From positions 124,001 to 188,000 of the forward strand of contig JAANOX010000128.1 of the NCBI GenBank assembly GCA_020184695.1: a stretch of 64,000 nt of DNA, read 5' to 3'. Positions 61,300-64,000 of the stretch are shown here, one piece after another. How positions within the stretch are numbered: position 1 is the stretch's first letter; the number at the start of each line of letters is the position of its first letter. This stretch comes from Histomonas meleagridis 2922-C6/04-290x. Its lineage: Eukaryota; Protista; Parabasalia. A program made the position numbers and the translations under genes. Under the pieces are notes generated by a model. That model did not search any database, was not told the DNA's origin, and worked only from the letters and a program-made list of their open reading frames with translations.

Positions 61300-62319
61300 T
61301 TATATTCCGTGTATTCCTGCGTTATCGATATAGAACTCAGCTCTTGTATCCTGATGATATGGCGATATTTCAACATATATTGTTCTCACAGGCGCAGTCC
61401 TCGTCACCGCAGTCAGCATCGCTCCCATTTGGTTCGTTGTTATTGGTTGCGTTTGTTCAATTTCGTGTCGCATCTGCGTCTTGTTCACTCTCAGCCGCAC
61501 ATTTATACAGTTCGACCATGAGAATCCGAGTGCTGGAAGCCAATCGTTGGAGTACGAGGAGAATGCGGACATGTTTGCGGTGGCCTGATTCGATACTAAG
61601 ACAAGTGCGTTATATGACGAACAAAGCCATTTAAGTGTCGTGGTGATATCGAAAAGCATTTTGGACTTGGCCGGCGCTGAGTTTATGTCATATTCTATGC
61701 GAAAAAGTGCGGCAATACTATCGATGATAATCAGTGATGGAGATGGATTCTCGGTGGAAAGGAAAAGCTCTGGAATGGAACTTTGGACAATGTCAAGAAG
61801 TTCCTCAACACAATTAGCTTCGGTAATTATTATGCCATTCAAGATTTCATCTTGACTGTATGGAGATTGGGTAAATTCGGCAATCTGAAAGAGGCGTTGA
61901 GTGGGAACTTTACCTTCGGTGGCAACAAAAATGACATTCCGAGAAATGTCAAAAATTCGTTGATTGATGGCAAGTTGAAATAAAAGATTTGATTTACCGG
62001 AACCTGCAAGACCACAAAACTCTACAATGCCTGAATCAGGAATAAAAATTGAATTATCGAGAATTGGATCATTAAACTTTCCACGAGGTGGTGTATATGT
62101 AAAATCTACAATATCTGGAAGAATAGTTTGTGCTACTGTGTCTAATATTTGCTGGCAAATATCAAGTGGAACTGAGGTTTGGTATGAAATTGAAAAGATT
62201 GGAGTTGAAAAAAGACGGGATGCATTTAACATCCCTTTATCCATAAGATTCTTTTTATATGTCCCTATGTTTAACTTACGGTCTATAATTGATATAATTG
62301 ATTCGTCATTTTCTTCCAT
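61300..62319 (-). CDS. XRCC3: Rad51 paralog, XRCC3/Rad57-like
   Basis: Walker A GLAGSGKSN, VATEGKVPTQRL, Walker B LIIIDSIAALFR, VSNQ and PALGFSWSNCINVRL. Confidence 0.78.
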   Translation of the reverse strand: MEENDESIISIIDRKLNIGTYKKNLMDKGMLNASRLFSTPIFSISYQTSVPLDICQQILDTVAQTILPDIVDFTYTPPRGKFNDPILDNSIFIPDSGIVEFCGLAGSGKSNLLFQLAINQRIFDISRNVIFVATEGKVPTQRLFQIAEFTQSPYSQDEILNGIIITEANCVEELLDIVQSSIPELFLSTENPSPSLIIIDSIAALFRIEYDINSAPAKSKMLFDITTTLKWLCSSYNALVLVSNQATANMSAFSSYSNDWLPALGFSWSNCINVRLRVNKTQMRHEIEQTQPITTNQMGAMLTAVTRTAPVRTIYVEISPYHQDTRAEFYIDNAGIHGI

Positions 62320-62478
62320 TGATTAAAGTGAACTTCACTTTACAGAAAGAAAAATGAATTCACACAATAGAAAGATGAAGAATCCACTGTTTAAAGAGTG
62401 CATTATATTAAACAATTTAGGAAAAAACGGAGTAATAATTAATTCTGAAAAATGGAAATTAGTGAAAAGGATTATTAT

Positions 62479-62697
62479 TTAGTTATGAAGCATCCCACCG
62501 AGGATAACGTTGTTGATTGGGATAGAAACAAGCTTGAAAACAAAGCCGATCGTACCCAATACTGCAAAACCAACTCCTGTTGCAATTGCTGTCTTTTTGA
62601 TTGTCTTCATGCTAGGAAGTGTACACCTTTTGAGAACGCGTTTGCAATCTTGTGTGAACTTCTTTGCTGGTGCATAAACAAGGTCGAATGCTTCCAT
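62479..62697 (-). CDS. SEC61G: Sec61 translocon gamma subunit
   Basis: KFTQDCKRVLKRCTLP...ATGVGFAVLGTIGFVFKLVSIPINNVILG. Confidence 0.95.
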   Translation of the reverse strand: MEAFDLVYAPAKKFTQDCKRVLKRCTLPSMKTIKKTAIATGVGFAVLGTIGFVFKLVSIPINNVILGGMLHN

Positions 62698-63069
62698 TTA
62701 TATTTTATGAGTTTTGACAATCTTTGTTTGGTTACATGTCTTCTCAATTTGTGGTAAATGACACCCCGCCACGGTTGTTATGAAAAAGTTCCATGGTTCG
62801 TATGGTTTTTTTGGCAAACAGGTTATTTTTAAGTCTTCCAAAACAGCATTATTTATCATATTTGGACATGATAATAGGATTTGATGATGTGTGAGAACAT
62901 TAATGTTAAACATAATATTGAGTTTTAATTCTAATTTCATAATTTTTCGTTTTGTTTGATTATAAAAATAATTATAACTTACTCAATGATTGCTAAGATT
63001 ATAGCATACACAAATCGTTCGTTTTAATCTTATAAAAAAAAAATATTAATAAATCCAAAGTCAATAATT

Positions 63070-63651
63070 TTAAAAAATGACAACGGGTTTACTTGGATCA
63101 TCAACCTTCTCAACTTTAAGGTTAAGTCCAAAAACGGAACCAACAACGATTTGGAATAATTTTTTGACGTTGATGGAATGTGTGTTTGAACAGTAAACAA
63201 GAGGAGCTCCAATGGCACTTGCAAACTTCTTTGCTTTGTTTGTAATGGCAATTCTTTCTTGTTCAGGCAATTCAAAGTATTTATCAAATTTATTACCTAC
63301 CAAAAAAACGCGAGCAGTTTGGTTACATTGATAAGCAGCTTTGTACCAATCACGAAGGGCTGTTAATGATTTAACATTTGATAAATCAAACATAAAAATC
63401 ATTGCGTGAGCTCCTTCACAACAAATATTGAGCATATCCATGAAATTTTTTTGTCCTCCTATATCCCATATAACTAAGTTTACTGGTGTATTTTTAACGT
63501 TAATTGTTTTTTCAAGGAATTGAACACCAAGTGTTGCAATGTAATCTTCACTAAATGTTCCTTTGCAATATTTCACCATAAGGGATGTTTTACCAACCAT
63601 TGTACTACCAATAAGAGCTATTTTTACTGTAACATTTCCTTCATTCGACAT
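63070..63651 (-). CDS. SPG1: Spg1/Tem1-family small GTPase
   Basis: GSTMVGKTSLMVKY, TLGVQFLEKTI, IWDIGGQKNF, MIFMFDLS, VGNKFD; no C-terminal prenylation Cys, as expected for Spg1/Tem1. Confidence 0.87.
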   Translation of the reverse strand: MSNEGNVTVKIALIGSTMVGKTSLMVKYCKGTFSEDYIATLGVQFLEKTINVKNTPVNLVIWDIGGQKNFMDMLNICCEGAHAMIFMFDLSNVKSLTALRDWYKAAYQCNQTARVFLVGNKFDKYFELPEQERIAITNKAKKFASAIGAPLVYCSNTHSINVKKLFQIVVGSVFGLNLKVEKVDDPSKPVVIF

Positions 63652-63796
63652 TGAACCAATTCCACTTTTTATGAGATTTACAACGTACTTTTGTATTTAC
63701 ACTTTTGTGAAATGAAATCAAATTGAATGAACGCGTTCATTAAACTCACTTTTTGTTTGAAAAACCGCAGACAAAAAATTAACTAAAAACATTTTT

Positions 63797-64000
63797 TTAG
63801 AAATAATCAGGAACTTGACAAACAATTTCAACACCGTTTGCGATTAACTGTTGTTCATTCACATCAGCCTTTAAAGGAATATGCCATTGTAAGTTTGTAT
63901 CTTTAATATTTTCATATTTTACATCATTTAATATTAAAGTTCTATAAATAGGACAATTAAAAGTATTTAATTCTTTAGTAACTTTCTCCATTATAACGAA
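63797..64000 (-). CDS. 3' end of a gene continuing beyond the window
   Basis: Frame is open from base 64000 (FVIMEKVTKELN...VCQVPDYF*). Confidence 0.5.
   Translation of the reverse strand, partial: FVIMEKVTKELNTFNCPIYRTLILNDVKYENIKDTNLQWHIPLKADVNEQQLIANGVEIVCQVPDYF

Noticed and set aside
1-64000. tRNA, rRNA, snRNA genes or canonical trichomonad introns (GTAYGT...ACTAACACACAG)
   Set aside because: None recognised by eye; tRNAscan-SE or Infernal would be needed to exclude them formally.

Overview
AT-rich (roughly 25-30% GC by eye), gene-dense eukaryotic DNA with almost no introns. The gene set points to a parabasalid (trichomonad, plausibly Tritrichomonas): BspA-like LRR surface proteins, an R2R3 Myb, DUF3447/ankyrin genes, half-size ABC transporters and very short intergenic gaps. 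The organism is inferred, not searched. Housekeeping genes are NOG1, ICMT, a Trm10-like gene, V-ATPase subunit e, a GRIP golgin, a PPP phosphatase, an SLC35-like transporter, TOR, Atg18, importin-beta, Sec13-like, TAF8-like, XRCC3-like, Sec61-gamma and Spg1/Tem1. Accessory content is three BspA-like genes, a BspA/GA-module pseudogene, a bacterial-type GH13 amylase with a membrane anchor, two copies of a ~0.8-0.9 kb MITE-like element and a perfect (AAATAT)20 microsatellite. The most unusual structure is at 59.8-61.0 kb. There, six ankyrin modules of exactly 90 bp, all stop-free, alternate with homologous 78-83 bp AT-rich spacers. The spacers sit in the ankyrin beta-hairpin loop, break the frame and lack canonical trichomonad splice signals. 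A second, truncated copy at 50.0-50.4 kb has a 60-bp spacer of the same family that can be read as a GT-AG intron. This is a candidate non-canonical intron or cassette-shuffling system, or else a decayed tandem array. All family calls come from recognised motifs in manual or provided translations; no database search was run.
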